Part shown: positions 51,728-61,325 of the stretch, one piece after another | How positions within the stretch are numbered: the first letter of the stretch is position 1 | Layout of the letters: each line of letters begins with the position of its first letter | NCBI GenBank assembly: GCA_041500265.1 | Contig: JBGQLU010000001.1 | Span: 5,189 to 69,188, forward strand | DNA from: Acidobacteriota bacterium | GTDB taxonomy: Bacteria > Acidobacteriota > Polarisedimenticolia > Polarisedimenticolales > DASRJG01 | Length of the DNA: 64,000 nt | Direction of reading: 5' to 3' | Program-made: the position numbers and the translations under genes | Notes under the pieces: model-generated | Told to the model about the DNA's origin: nothing | Seen by the model: only the letters and a program-made list of their open reading frames with translations | Database searches by the model: none

Positions 51728-53650
51728 ATGTGCGGGATAGCCGGGTTCCTGGGGAGGTTCGACACGGACCTCCTGGAGCGGATGGGCGGTGTGATCTCCC
51801 ATCGCGGTCCGGACGACTACGGCGTGCTCCACCTGCCGGAATCGGGGCTGGGGCTCGTCCACCGCCGGCTGGCGATCATCGATCTCTCGCCCCTCGGCCA
51901 TCAGCCGATGTGGGACGCGACCCGCGCCGCCGCGATCGTGTTCAACGGGGAGATCTTCAACTACCGTGAGCTCCGCGCCTCGCTCGAGGCCGACGGCTTC
52001 GTCCTCAAGAGCCAGTCGGACACGGAGGTGGTGCTCAACCTCTACCTGCGCGACGGCGTCGACATGCTCCGCCAGCTCAATGGGATGTACGCCTTCGCCC
52101 TCTGGGACGCCGGGCGCCGCCGCCTCTTCGTGGCGCGCGACGGCGTCGGCGTCAAGCCGCTGTACTGGACGGCAACACCGCGCGGCGTGCTGTTCGCCAG
52201 CGAGATCAAAGCCTTGCTCCAGGCGGACGACGTCCCCCGCGAGCTCGATCCCGCGGCGATCGAGTCCCATCTCACGTACCTGTGGTGTCCGGCGCCGCGC
52301 ACCGCGCTCAAGGGGATCGAAAAGCTCCCGCCCGGCCACGCGATGTTCTTCGAGGACGGCCGGATGACTCGCGCATGGAGGCACTACGATCTTCCGTACG
52401 ATCGCCCCACGCGACCCGTGGGCGCCGCCGAGGCGGCGGAGCGCGTGCGGGAGGCGGTCGCGACCGCGGTCCGGCGCCAGATGATCGCCGACGTCCCCGT
52501 CGGGGCGTTCCTGTCCGGAGGCCTCGACTCCAGCTCCGTGGTGGCGTTCGCCAGCCGCGAGAGCCCCGCGCCGATGGACTGCTTCACGATCGGATTTCGC
52601 GACCGGGGTCTGGCGGACGAAGGGTTCGCCGACGACCTCGGATACGCGCGGCGCGTGGCCGACGAGTTCGGCGTCCGGCTCCACGTGGTCGAAGTCGGCA
52701 GCGAGATGAGCTCCGAGCTCGAGACGATGCTCTGGCACCTGGACGAGCCCCAGGCGGATGCCGCGCCGATCAACGCGCTCCTGATCTGCCGGGGGGCGCG
52801 CGCGGCGGGCCTCAAGGTGCTCCTCTCCGGAACCGGCGGCGACGACATCTTCACCGGCTACCGGCGCCATCTGGCGTTGATGCGGGAACGCCTCTGGGCC
52901 TGGCTCCCGCATCCCGCGCGCGCGGCGCTCGCCACCGCCGCCGCGTGGATTCCCTCGTCGGGCCCCCTCGGGCGCCGGGCGCAGAAGGCGCTGCGGTACG
53001 CGGCGCTCGACGGAGACGCCCGGCTGGCCAGCTATTTCTTCTGGCTCCCTCCGGAGATCACCCGCGGGCTCTACGGGCCGGCCCTCCGTTCGGCGCTCGC
53101 CGGCTCCGATCCGGCGGAGCCCCTGCTCCGGACGCTCGCCGACATCCCGGCCGCGACGACCCCTCTCCAGAAGATGCTCTACCTCGAGGGGAAGCATTTC
53201 CTCCCCGATCACAACTTGAACTACGGCGACAAGATGAGCATGGCGAGCGGAGTGGAGGTCCGCGTCCCGCTCCTCGATCCGGACCTGGTGGCGCTGGCCG
53301 CTTCGATTCCCGAGGGTCTCAAGCAGCACGGGTCGACCGGAAAGTGGATCTTCAAGAAGGCGATGGAGCCCGTGCTCCCGCGCGAGGTCATCTACCGATC
53401 GAAGACAGGTTTCGGCGCGCCGATCCGGCGGTGGGTTCGTCGCGACCTGCGGCCGATGGTGGACGACGTTCTGTCGGAATCGTCACTGCGGAATCGCGGG
53501 CTGTTCGATCCGGCGGCGGTCCAAGCCCTCAGACGGCAGGACGACCAAGGGAAGGTCGACGGCGCGCCCGCGATCTTCGCCCTCGTGTGTCTCGAGCTGT
53601 GGTGCCGGATGTTCTTGAAGGCCCCGGACCGCGTCGGGACCACGGCCTGA
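51728..53650 (+). CDS. asparagine synthase-family glutamine amidotransferase (polysaccharide-locus type)
   Basis: 640 aa. It has the N-terminal nucleophile MCGIAGF (class II glutamine amidotransferase) and the PP-loop segment VGAFLSGGLDSSSV. Confidence 0.85.
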   Translation: MCGIAGFLGRFDTDLLERMGGVISHRGPDDYGVLHLPESGLGLVHRRLAIIDLSPLGHQPMWDATRAAAIVFNGEIFNYRELRASLEADGFVLKSQSDTEVVLNLYLRDGVDMLRQLNGMYAFALWDAGRRRLFVARDGVGVKPLYWTATPRGVLFASEIKALLQADDVPRELDPAAIESHLTYLWCPAPRTALKGIEKLPPGHAMFFEDGRMTRAWRHYDLPYDRPTRPVGAAEAAERVREAVATAVRRQMIADVPVGAFLSGGLDSSSVVAFASRESPAPMDCFTIGFRDRGLADEGFADDLGYARRVADEFGVRLHVVEVGSEMSSELETMLWHLDEPQADAAPINALLICRGARAAGLKVLLSGTGGDDIFTGYRRHLALMRERLWAWLPHPARAALATAAAWIPSSGPLGRRAQKALRYAALDGDARLASYFFWLPPEITRGLYGPALRSALAGSDPAEPLLRTLADIPAATTPLQKMLYLEGKHFLPDHNLNYGDKMSMASGVEVRVPLLDPDLVALAASIPEGLKQHGSTGKWIFKKAMEPVLPREVIYRSKTGFGAPIRRWVRRDLRPMVDDVLSESSLRNRGLFDPAAVQALRRQDDQGKVDGAPAIFALVCLELWCRMFLKAPDRVGTTA

Positions 53651-53652
53651 CC

Positions 53653-54729
53653 TCACCCGTTCGGGGGCGCGAGGCCGCGATCCGGCTCCCGGTCCCGCGT
53701 GGCTCTATGGAGCAGGTACCGCGGCACGTCCGCCGGCCGCTCGAGCGCCGCCGCCGCTATCCAGAGCTGCACGGGCCGCCGCCGGGTCCCGCGGTAGAAG
53801 TCGAGCGGGTGCCGGCTCCGGAGCGGCAGGGTCGCGGCCAGCCGCCACGTCTCGGCCGGGAGCAGCCGGTACGGCCGCGGGTCGAGGAGCTCCGGGAACA
53901 GCTTGCGAACGTGAGCGAGAGCCAAGCCCGCGGCGCCGGAGCCGCCCCACGCGTGGAGGCGCTCCGCAACCGTCTCCCAGGCAAACCCCGGCTGCCGGGC
54001 GAGGGCGCCCAGGTCGAGCACCCACTTGAGACGGCGGTCGAAGTAGTGCTGGACGTGGTGGAGGAGCAGGTGCGCGACCGCGTCGTGATCGTCGAGCCGG
54101 AGGAGCTCCCGTCCCTCGATGGCGAGGGGTCGTGCGCGGCCGACGACCGCTTCGGCGTCGATCCGATAGCGGACGTCCTGCGCGAGGCTCCAGTGGATCT
54201 CGCAGCTCACCGTCACCGGGCCGGGGCTCGTGAGCGGCATCTCGTAGCTGCTCCGCAGCCAGTGGATCCGCTCCGCTCCCTGGGGGGCCGTCCACCCGGC
54301 CGCCTCGGCCGCCGCGAGCGCGCGGTCCCGGTCGCCTAGGCGGACGAGGAGATCGATGTCGTCGAGCGTGCGCTCGTCGAAGCTCGCGTACAGGCGGTGG
54401 AGGACGTCGACCCCCTTGAGCGCGACCGGCACGATCCCCTCGTGGCGCAGGAGATCGAGCATCTGCTCGAGGCGGGAGAGCAGGAGCACGTTGTCGTTCC
54501 GCGTCTTCCGGCGAAGGGCCGCGAGGCTCTCCATCGCCGCGCCGCCGATGAGGTCGCCGCGCCCGGCGGCGAGGAGGCGGGCGTGCACCTGAGGGTGGAC
54601 GTCGCAGGCGCGGCAGAGCTCGACGAAGGTCGCGGCGGAAGGGGCGCGGGAACCCGCCAGCCGGGCGGCGTCCTCCCAGCGCTCCGCGAGGATCAGCAGC
54701 AGGAGACGCGCCTCGGGGCGGCCGGTCAC
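53653..54729 (-). CDS. uncharacterised nucleotidyltransferase-family protein (PF14907-like)
   Basis: Starts at a GTG at 54729, forming a GTGA overlap with the GT2 stop. This is the C-terminal 358 aa of track ORF 53653..55893. Reads VALKGVDVLHRLYASFDERTLDDIDLLV. Confidence 0.6.
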   Translation of the reverse strand: MTGRPEARLLLLILAERWEDAARLAGSRAPSAATFVELCRACDVHPQVHARLLAAGRGDLIGGAAMESLAALRRKTRNDNVLLLSRLEQMLDLLRHEGIVPVALKGVDVLHRLYASFDERTLDDIDLLVRLGDRDRALAAAEAAGWTAPQGAERIHWLRSSYEMPLTSPGPVTVSCEIHWSLAQDVRYRIDAEAVVGRARPLAIEGRELLRLDDHDAVAHLLLHHVQHYFDRRLKWVLDLGALARQPGFAWETVAERLHAWGGSGAAGLALAHVRKLFPELLDPRPYRLLPAETWRLAATLPLRSRHPLDFYRGTRRRPVQLWIAAAALERPADVPRYLLHRATRDREPDRGLAPPNG

Positions 54730-55742
54730 GGCGCGCCCGGGGGCTTGACCGACCTCCGGAGGATCGTCTCGGTCGCCCCCGAAAGGAAGCCCAGCCCGTA
54801 GCCCACGTGGAGGGTCGGCACGATGGCGAGGAGCCGGAGAGCCCCCCATCCGAGCCGCGGAACGCGCGAGACCGCAAAGCCGGTGACGACGGCGGCGTAG
54901 GAGAGCAGGAACAAGAGGCCGGCGAGACCCATGGGCCGCGGCGCTCCGAGGAGGGCGGCCACGATCGCCGCGACCGCCGCGGCGAGCGCCGCGACGAAAA
55001 CCGTCGGGAGCACGTACTTCCACTTGAAGATGTCGGGGTGCTTCCGGAGGATTCGCGCCTTCACGAGCCCGACCGTCGTGATCTGCCTCCAGAGCGCGCG
55101 GAGATCGGGCCGGGGGACGTACCAGAACCGGATCGAAGGATCGAGGAGGAGCGCGTACCCGGCCTTGCGGATGCGGGTGTTCATGTCGAGATCCTCGACG
55201 ACCGCGAGCGACTCGTCGAACACGCCGACGCGGGCCAAGACCTCGCGCCGGAACGATCCCGTCTGCAGCGATTCCACCTCCGCCCGGGTCGCGAGGGTCC
55301 GGTAGGGGACCGATCCGACCGCGATCTTGGCGTAGAGGGCTTCGACGAGCGCCTGCCGGAACGGGGTGTCCGCGAGCATGCGCACCGGCCCGCCGACGAC
55401 CGAAGCGCCGGTCTCTTCCATGACCGCGACGATGCGCGAGAGGTAATCGGGGGCGACGTAGGAGTGTCCGTCCACGCGGGTGACGATCTCGCCCGAAGCC
55501 GCGGCGATCGCGACGTTGAGGGCGGCGGGAGCGGTGCGGCCCGGGTTGTCGAGCACGCGGATCCGGTGTTCGCCGTCGATCCGCCGCAGGATCTCCCGCG
55601 TGCGGTCGGTCGATCCGCCGTCGGCCATCAGGATCTCGTACCGGTCGTGCGGGTAGTCCTGCTCGAGCAACGAGGTCGCGAGGCGCTCCAAGGTCGCCTC
55701 TTCGTTGCGGATCGGGACGACGACGGACAGGAATGGCTTCAC
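54726..55742 (-). CDS. glycosyltransferase family 2 with C-terminal TM helices
   Basis: A GTG at 55742 gives VKPFLSVVVPIRNEEATLERL...; the track ORF extends to 55790. It has DGGSTDRT, an EDLD motif, and 3-4 C-terminal TM helices. Confidence 0.8.
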   Translation of the reverse strand: MKPFLSVVVPIRNEEATLERLATSLLEQDYPHDRYEILMADGGSTDRTREILRRIDGEHRIRVLDNPGRTAPAALNVAIAAASGEIVTRVDGHSYVAPDYLSRIVAVMEETGASVVGGPVRMLADTPFRQALVEALYAKIAVGSVPYRTLATRAEVESLQTGSFRREVLARVGVFDESLAVVEDLDMNTRIRKAGYALLLDPSIRFWYVPRPDLRALWRQITTVGLVKARILRKHPDIFKWKYVLPTVFVAALAAAVAAIVAALLGAPRPMGLAGLLFLLSYAAVVTGFAVSRVPRLGWGALRLLAIVPTLHVGYGLGFLSGATETILRRSVKPPGAP

Positions 55743-55837
55743 GCGCGCTCCGGGCGCGAGAGGATATCGGCCGCCCCACGGCCCCCGCAAGCGCCGGTTG
55801 GCGCCCGATCGGCCCTTGATAGACTGATCCGGCTCCG

Positions 55838-56533
55838 ATGAACGCCCTCGCGCAGTGGCTCCTCCTGAACGTCGCGCCTCCCGTCGCGCACACCTACATC
55901 CGTCTCCTCCATCGCACGATGCGCATCGAGCGTCGCGGCGCCGAGGTCCTGGACGCCTGCCGGCGCGATCCGGGCCACTACATCCTCTGCTTCTGGCACT
56001 CGCGCTTCGTGCTGATGCCCTACTGCTATCCGGGCCCGCGGATCGTGGTGCTGTCGTCGAACCACCGGGACGCGGAGGCGCTGGTGCGCCTCCTGCGCAA
56101 ATTCGGGATCGAGCAGGCGCGAGGGTCCACGACGAGCGGAGGGCTGACCGGGATGCGCCAGATCCTCCGAAAGGTCGAGGAGGGGTGCGACGTCGGCCTG
56201 ACGCCCGACGGGCCGAAGGGGCCGCGGCGGCGCGTGCAGCCGGGTGTGGTCGCCGTCGCGCGGTTCACGGGGCTTCCGATCGTCCCGGTGGCCTTCTCGG
56301 CCGCGCCGTCGCGCCGCCTCCGGAGCTGGGACAGGACGCTGCTTCCCAAGTTCTTCTCGCGCGGGGTGTTCGTCTACGGCGAGGCGGTGACGGTGCCGCG
56401 GTCCGCCGGCGACGCGGAGCAGGAAGCGAAGCGCCGCGAGCTCGAGGCCGAGCTCGACCGGATCACCGACCTCGCCGACGACGCGATCGGGATCGCGCGC
56501 GAGGATGCCCGCCCTCCGGTCGGGATCCCATGA
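55838..56533 (+). CDS. DUF374-domain protein (lysophospholipid acyltransferase-like)
   Basis: 231 aa. Reads ILCFWHSRFVLMP, NHRDAEALVRLL and LTPDGPKGPRRRVQPGVV. It sits directly upstream of lpxB and overlaps it. Confidence 0.7.
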   Translation: MNALAQWLLLNVAPPVAHTYIRLLHRTMRIERRGAEVLDACRRDPGHYILCFWHSRFVLMPYCYPGPRIVVLSSNHRDAEALVRLLRKFGIEQARGSTTSGGLTGMRQILRKVEEGCDVGLTPDGPKGPRRRVQPGVVAVARFTGLPIVPVAFSAAPSRRLRSWDRTLLPKFFSRGVFVYGEAVTVPRSAGDAEQEAKRRELEAELDRITDLADDAIGIAREDARPPVGIP

Positions 56534-57681
56534 GCCGTCCCCTCCGGATCGCGCTGTCGGCCGGGGAGCCGTCGGGGGACCGGCTCGGGGCGGGGCTCGC
56601 CCGCGCCCTGCGAGCGCTTCGGCCCGACGTCCTGCTGTGCGGGATGGGCGGAGACGAGATGGCCGAGGCGGGCGTCCGTCTCGTGCAGCACGCCTCGGAG
56701 GTCGCGGTCGTGGGGTTCGTCGAGGTGATCCGGCACATGCCGGCGATCCGGAGGGCGATGTCGCGCCTCGACACGCTCCTCTGCGAGGAGCGGCCGGACC
56801 TGCTGGTGCCGATCGACTTCCCCGACTTCAATCTGCGCCTGGCCGCGAAGGCGAAGCACGCGCGCGTCCCGGTCGTCTACTACGTGAGCCCGCAGGTGTG
56901 GGCGTGGAGGCGCGGCCGCGTCCGGACGATCCGCGCCCTGGTCCGGCGCATGCTCGTCCTCTTTCCCTTCGAGGCGGCGTTCTACGAGCAGGAGGGGGTT
57001 CCCGTCACCTTCGTCGGGCATCCGGCCGCGAGGGCGCATCCCGCGGCCTCGCGCGCCGAGCTCCTTCGTCGCTTAGCACTCGATCCCGCGCTTCCCGTCG
57101 TGGCGCTTCTCCCGGGAAGCCGGGTCGGCGAGGCCGGCACGCTGGCCCCGATCCTCTGCCGCGCCGCGATCCGGGTTCGCGCCGCGCGCCCCGACGTCCA
57201 GTTCATCCTCCCCAAGGCCCGGACCCTGCCCGCGGGGTTCTTGGAGGCGATCGTGGCCGGCACCGGGGCTCCCGGCATCGTGGTCCACGAAGGGGACTAC
57301 CCGGGCGTGCTCGAGGTCGCCGACTGCGGAGCGGTCGCTTCGGGGACGGCGACGCTCGATTCCGCCCTGGCCGGTCTCCCGATCGTGGCCGTCTACCGCA
57401 TGCAGGGGTTCTCGTACCTGATCGCGCGATCCCTGGTGTCGGTCCCGCACATCGCGCTCCCGAACCTCGTGGCGGGGCGGCGCATCGTCCCGGAGCTCGT
57501 TCAAGCGGAGTGCACGCCGGAGCGGATCGCGAGCGAGCTCCTGGGCTACCTGAGCGACCCGGGGCGTGCCGCCGAGACGCGCCGCGCCCTGGGCGAGGTG
57601 CGCTCGAAGCTCCGCGGGGACGGGGCGTTCGACCGGGCCGCGGAGGCGGTCCTGGCGGAACTGGATCGAAAGCCGGATTGA
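56530..57681 (+). CDS. lpxB: lipid-A-disaccharide synthase
   Basis: Starts at an internal ATG of ORF 55855..57681, forming an ATGA overlap. Reads LRIALSAGEPSGDRLGAGLARAL, IDFPDFNLRLAAKAK and YYVSPQVWAWR. Confidence 0.88.
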   Translation: MSRPLRIALSAGEPSGDRLGAGLARALRALRPDVLLCGMGGDEMAEAGVRLVQHASEVAVVGFVEVIRHMPAIRRAMSRLDTLLCEERPDLLVPIDFPDFNLRLAAKAKHARVPVVYYVSPQVWAWRRGRVRTIRALVRRMLVLFPFEAAFYEQEGVPVTFVGHPAARAHPAASRAELLRRLALDPALPVVALLPGSRVGEAGTLAPILCRAAIRVRAARPDVQFILPKARTLPAGFLEAIVAGTGAPGIVVHEGDYPGVLEVADCGAVASGTATLDSALAGLPIVAVYRMQGFSYLIARSLVSVPHIALPNLVAGRRIVPELVQAECTPERIASELLGYLSDPGRAAETRRALGEVRSKLRGDGAFDRAAEAVLAELDRKPD

Positions 57682-57718
57682 CGCCCCCGCCGGGGGTGTG
57701 CTCCAATCCCGGCCTCGC

Positions 57719-58603
57719 ATGATCCGATCGATGACGGGGTACGGCCAGGGCGCCGCCGAGGCCCCCGGTCTCAAAGCGACGGTCGAGCTGCGAAGCGTCA
57801 ACAACCGCTTTGCGGACTTGAAGTTGCGCCTACCCGATTCGCTGGTCGCCCAGGAATCCGCGCTCCGCGGCAAGGTGCTCGCGACCGTCAAGCGGGGGCG
57901 CGTCGACCTGGATCTCCGCCTCGAGCGCACCGGCCCCGGCGCGGGGCTCGTGCTGAACCGCGCGGTGGTGGACGCGGTCCTTGCGGCCTGGAAGACCCTG
58001 CGCGACGACTACGGGATCCAAGGGGAGTGGGACCTCCCGAGCCTGATGCGCGTGCCGGGGTTGTTCGAGGCCGCGGGCAAGGGGGCCGCTCTGGACGACG
58101 ACGCGCGTGCCGCGGTGGATCGCGCTCTGGATCACGCCCTGGCGGCGCTCGATGCCGAGCGGGTCCGTGAGGGCGGCCGACTCCAGGCGGATCTGATCCA
58201 ACGGGTGGCGACCATGAGCGGCGTCGTCGGGACGATCCGGGACCGCGCGGCGACGGTCCCCGATGCGATTCGCGCGAAGCTGATCGACCGCGTGTCCGCA
58301 CTCGCCGGCCAGGTGCCGCTCGACCCCGCCCGCGTCGCCCAGGAGGTCGCGTTCCTGGCGGACCGGTCCGACCTCACCGAGGAGATCGTGCGGCTCGAGG
58401 GGCACCTCGACCAGGCCCGATCCCTCTTGGAAAGCGTGGACGGCGAGCCGGTCGGCAAGCGCATGGACTTCCTCCTGCAGGAGATCCACCGCGAGACCAA
58501 CACGATCGCGAGCAAGTCGCAGGACCTCGAGATCAGCCGGAGCGCCCTGACGCTCAAGGCCGAGGCGGAGAAGATCCGCGAGCAAGTCCAGAACCTGGAG
58601 TGA
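57719..58603 (+). CDS. yicC: YicC-family stress-induced protein
   Basis: Starts at an internal ATG of ORF 57566..58603. Reads MIRSMTGYGQG...ELRSVNNRF and the C-terminal segment DFLLQEIHRETNTIASKS. Confidence 0.85.
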   Translation: MIRSMTGYGQGAAEAPGLKATVELRSVNNRFADLKLRLPDSLVAQESALRGKVLATVKRGRVDLDLRLERTGPGAGLVLNRAVVDAVLAAWKTLRDDYGIQGEWDLPSLMRVPGLFEAAGKGAALDDDARAAVDRALDHALAALDAERVREGGRLQADLIQRVATMSGVVGTIRDRAATVPDAIRAKLIDRVSALAGQVPLDPARVAQEVAFLADRSDLTEEIVRLEGHLDQARSLLESVDGEPVGKRMDFLLQEIHRETNTIASKSQDLEISRSALTLKAEAEKIREQVQNLE

Positions 58604-58607
58604 GTCG

Positions 58608-59246
58608 ATGGCCGCCCGCGAGAGAGGCACGCTGTTCGTCATCTCGGCCCCGTCGGGAACCGGGAAGACGACGCTCGCGCGCCGCGTGCTGGAGAGCGTG
58701 CCCGGGCTCGGCTTTTCGGTCTCGTACACCACGCGCCCGCGGCGAGCCGGGGAAGAGAGCGGCCGGGAGTACCACTTCGTCGACGAGTCGCGGTTCGACG
58801 CGATGGTGGCCTCGGGCGGCTTCCTCGAGTGGGCCCACGTCTTCGGACACCGTTACGGGACCGGCCGGGATGCGACCGAGGCGGCCCTTACGGCCGGGAC
58901 CGACCTGCTCCTCGACATCGACGTCCAGGGCGCCCGGCAGCTCCGGGCCGCGGGGCAGGGCGCGGTGTCGGTCTTCATCCTGCCGCCGGACTTCGAGACG
59001 CTCGCTTCCCGCCTGCGCCTCCGGGCCAGCGAGGACGAGCGCGCGCTCCGGGTGCGGCTCGGTAAGGCGCGGGACGAGGCGATGGAGTACGATCAATTCG
59101 ATTACACGGTCGTCAACGCCGAAGTGGAAGAGGCGAGTCAGGAGCTGATCGCGATCGTGCGCGCCGAGCGGGCGCGGACGGCGCGGCGGCGCGGCACGGC
59201 GGCCCAGATCGTTTCGACCTTTCCGGCTCCCGAGTCGGGAGCCTGA
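58608..59246 (+). CDS. gmk: guanylate kinase
   Basis: 212 aa. Reads LFVISAPSGTGKTTL, TTRPRRAGEESGREYHFV and EWAHVFGHRYGT. Confidence 0.92.
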   Translation: MAARERGTLFVISAPSGTGKTTLARRVLESVPGLGFSVSYTTRPRRAGEESGREYHFVDESRFDAMVASGGFLEWAHVFGHRYGTGRDATEAALTAGTDLLLDIDVQGARQLRAAGQGAVSVFILPPDFETLASRLRLRASEDERALRVRLGKARDEAMEYDQFDYTVVNAEVEEASQELIAIVRAERARTARRRGTAAQIVSTFPAPESGA

Positions 59247-59258
59247 GGAGTTTCCTGC

Positions 59259-59477
59259 ATGTTCAAACTTCCCGAAAACGTCGAGAGCAAGTACCGGTTC
59301 GTGATGCTGTCCGCCCTCAGGGCCGAGCAGCTCCAGCTGGGTGCGATTCCCCGCGTCGACTCGATGTCGACCAAGGCCACCGTGGTCGCGCAGGAAGAGG
59401 TCGCGGAAGGGCTCATCGAGGCGTGGGACGGGACGCAGCCGGAGCCGGCTGCGCCCGTGGCGCCTGCCGAGGAGTAG
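59259..59477 (+). CDS. rpoZ: DNA-directed RNA polymerase subunit omega
   Basis: 72 aa with SKYRFVMLSALRAEQL. It follows gmk, which is the usual synteny. Confidence 0.85.
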   Translation: MFKLPENVESKYRFVMLSALRAEQLQLGAIPRVDSMSTKATVVAQEEVAEGLIEAWDGTQPEPAAPVAPAEE

Positions 59478-59481
59478 CCCC

Positions 59482-60663
59482 ATGCAGGTGGCGCTGGGCG
59501 TCAGCGGCGGCATCGCGGCCTACAAGGCCTGCGAGATCGTCCGCGGCCTGACGACGGCGGGCGCCGACGTCCAGGTGCTGATGACCCGAAACGCTCAGCG
59601 GTTCGTCGCCCCGCTGACCTTCCAGGCTCTCTCCGCCCGCAAGGTGCTCGTCGACCCGTGGGACCTCACGGAGGACGAGACGATCCGGCACATCGAGCTC
59701 CAGCGCGGGCTCGACGCCTTGGTCGTCGCCCCCGCGACGGCCAACGTGCTCGCGAAGTTCGCGCACGGGATCGCCGACGACATCCTGTCGACGTTCTACC
59801 TCGCCGTGACCGCTCCGGTCGTCGTGGCGCCGGCGATGAACACCCGGATGTGGCTCCATCCCGCGACGCAAGACTCGATCGCGCGGCTTCGCGGGAGGGG
59901 CGTCCACGTGGTCCTGCCGGAGTCCGGCTGGCTGGCGGAGCGCGAGAGCGGCGTCGGACGCCTCGCCGACCCGGCGGCGATCGTGGCCGCGACGCTTCGC
60001 GCCGCGCGCCGCCGCACTTCTCTGACGGGGCGCAAGGTCGTGGTCACTGCCGGCCCCACGCGCGAGCCGATCGATCCGGTCCGGTACGTCTCGAACGGGT
60101 CCTCGGGGAAGATGGGGTTCGCGATCGCCGAGGCGGCCGCCCGGCGCGGCGCCGAGGTCGTCCTCATCGCCGGTCCCGTGGAGCTTTCGCCGCCGTTCGG
60201 CGTCCGCGTGGTGCGCGCGGTCACCGCTCGTGACATGAGGGAGGCCGTCCAGGCCGAGCGCGTGGGGGCGCATGCGATCTTCATGGTCGCGGCGGTGTCG
60301 GACTACGTCCCCGCGGCTTCCCCCTCGAAGATCAAGAAGAGCGGAGGGCCGCTGACCCTCGTCCTCGACGAAGGACCCGACATCCTCGCGGAGCTCGGCG
60401 CGACGAAAGGGAGCGAGATCCTCGTCGGGTTCGCCGCGGAGACCGACGATCTTCTCCGCAACGCGCAAGCGAAGCTCCGGTCCAAGAACGTGGACTTCAT
60501 CGTGGCCAACGACGTCCTGGCTCCCGGGATCGGCATCGGCTCCGATCGGAACGCCGTGACGATCCTCGACCGCGCGGGGGGCGCGCACGCGGTCCCCGAG
60601 GCGGGGAAGGGGGAGATCGCCGAGGCGATCCTCGACAGGACGCTCCCCGGAGCTGGGGCGTGA
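59482..60663 (+). CDS. coaBC: bifunctional phosphopantothenoylcysteine decarboxylase / phosphopantothenate-cysteine ligase
   Basis: Starts at an internal ATG of ORF 59341..60663. Reads ALGVSGGIAAYKACEIVR, VAPATANVLAKFAHGIADD and ITNGSSGKMG-like VSNGSSGKMGFAIA. Confidence 0.92.
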   Translation: MQVALGVSGGIAAYKACEIVRGLTTAGADVQVLMTRNAQRFVAPLTFQALSARKVLVDPWDLTEDETIRHIELQRGLDALVVAPATANVLAKFAHGIADDILSTFYLAVTAPVVVAPAMNTRMWLHPATQDSIARLRGRGVHVVLPESGWLAERESGVGRLADPAAIVAATLRAARRRTSLTGRKVVVTAGPTREPIDPVRYVSNGSSGKMGFAIAEAAARRGAEVVLIAGPVELSPPFGVRVVRAVTARDMREAVQAERVGAHAIFMVAAVSDYVPAASPSKIKKSGGPLTLVLDEGPDILAELGATKGSEILVGFAAETDDLLRNAQAKLRSKNVDFIVANDVLAPGIGIGSDRNAVTILDRAGGAHAVPEAGKGEIAEAILDRTLPGAGA

Positions 60664-61325
60664 CCGAAGGCGAGGGCGTTCGCCGCGCCCTCGCGGCGTG
60701 GGTCGGCTACCTGGACGACATCGGCGTCACCGACCTGCGGGTGGCCCCGGAGTCGCCCGATCCCGCCTCCCTTCTTCGGACGATCCGCGAGGACCTCGGC
60801 GAATGCACGCGGTGCAAGCTGTGCGGGGCGAGAACGCAGATCGTCTTCGGCGTCGGCGATCCGAGGGCCCGCCTGATGTTCGTGGGGGAAGGGCCGGGCG
60901 CCGACGAGGACGCCCGCGGCGAGCCGTTCGTCGGCCGGGCCGGCCAGAAGCTCAACGAGATGATCCAGGCGATCGGCCTCCTCCGGAAGGACGTCTACAT
61001 CGCCAACGTGGTCAAGTGCCGCCCGCCCGACAACCGCACGCCGGAGCCCGACGAGGTGGCGACCTGTTCCCCCTACCTGTTCCGGCAGATCGAGGCGATC
61101 GCCCCCAAGGTGATCGTCGCGCTCGGATCACCGGCCGCCAAGACCCTGCTCGGCACGAAGATCGGGATCACCCAGCTCCGCGGGGCCTGGGGGCGCTTCC
61201 GCGGCATTCCGGTGATGCCGACGTTTCACCCCGCCTACCTCCTGCGGGCCTACACGATGGAGAACCGGCGGCTCGTCTTCGAGGACTTGAAGGCGGCGCG
61301 CGCCCGGATGGACGAGTCGTCGTGA
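60660..61325 (+). CDS. uracil-DNA glycosylase, family 4
   Basis: 221 aa from a GTG start overlapping the coaBC stop. Reads CTRCKLCGARTQIVFGVGDPRARLMFVGEGPGADED, GRAGQKL and HPAYLLR. Confidence 0.88.
   Translation: MTEGEGVRRALAAWVGYLDDIGVTDLRVAPESPDPASLLRTIREDLGECTRCKLCGARTQIVFGVGDPRARLMFVGEGPGADEDARGEPFVGRAGQKLNEMIQAIGLLRKDVYIANVVKCRPPDNRTPEPDEVATCSPYLFRQIEAIAPKVIVALGSPAAKTLLGTKIGITQLRGAWGRFRGIPVMPTFHPAYLLRAYTMENRRLVFEDLKAARARMDESS

Noticed and set aside
40914-53329. Other long shadow ORFs: 40914..42770 (-), 43726..45039 (-), 45426..47045 (-), 48219..50186 (-), 50413..51765 (-), 51608..53329 (-), 52282..54339 (+)
   Set aside because: Each overlaps a gene with strong family-level motifs on the other strand or in another frame. 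All have the Arg/Gly/Pro-rich shadow-ORF composition.
51728-54729. Possible lasso-peptide cluster (an asparagine-synthase-like cyclase next to a PF14907-like nucleotidyltransferase)
   Set aside because: - The AsnB homolog retains the N-terminal Cys glutaminase nucleophile (MCGIAGF), which lasso cyclases normally lack.
- I found no transglutaminase-like B protease, PqqD-like leader-recognition (RRE) protein, ABC exporter or short precursor ORF nearby.
- The context is a glycan locus.
53653-55893. Single 746-aa minus-strand ORF covering both the nucleotidyltransferase-like gene and the GT2 region
   Set aside because: Only the C-terminal 358 aa, from the GTG at 54729, look like a real protein. 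The N-terminal part is Arg/Pro-rich and overlaps the GT2 gene (54726..55742), which has clear GT2 motifs in another frame. The GTGA junction fits two coupled genes.
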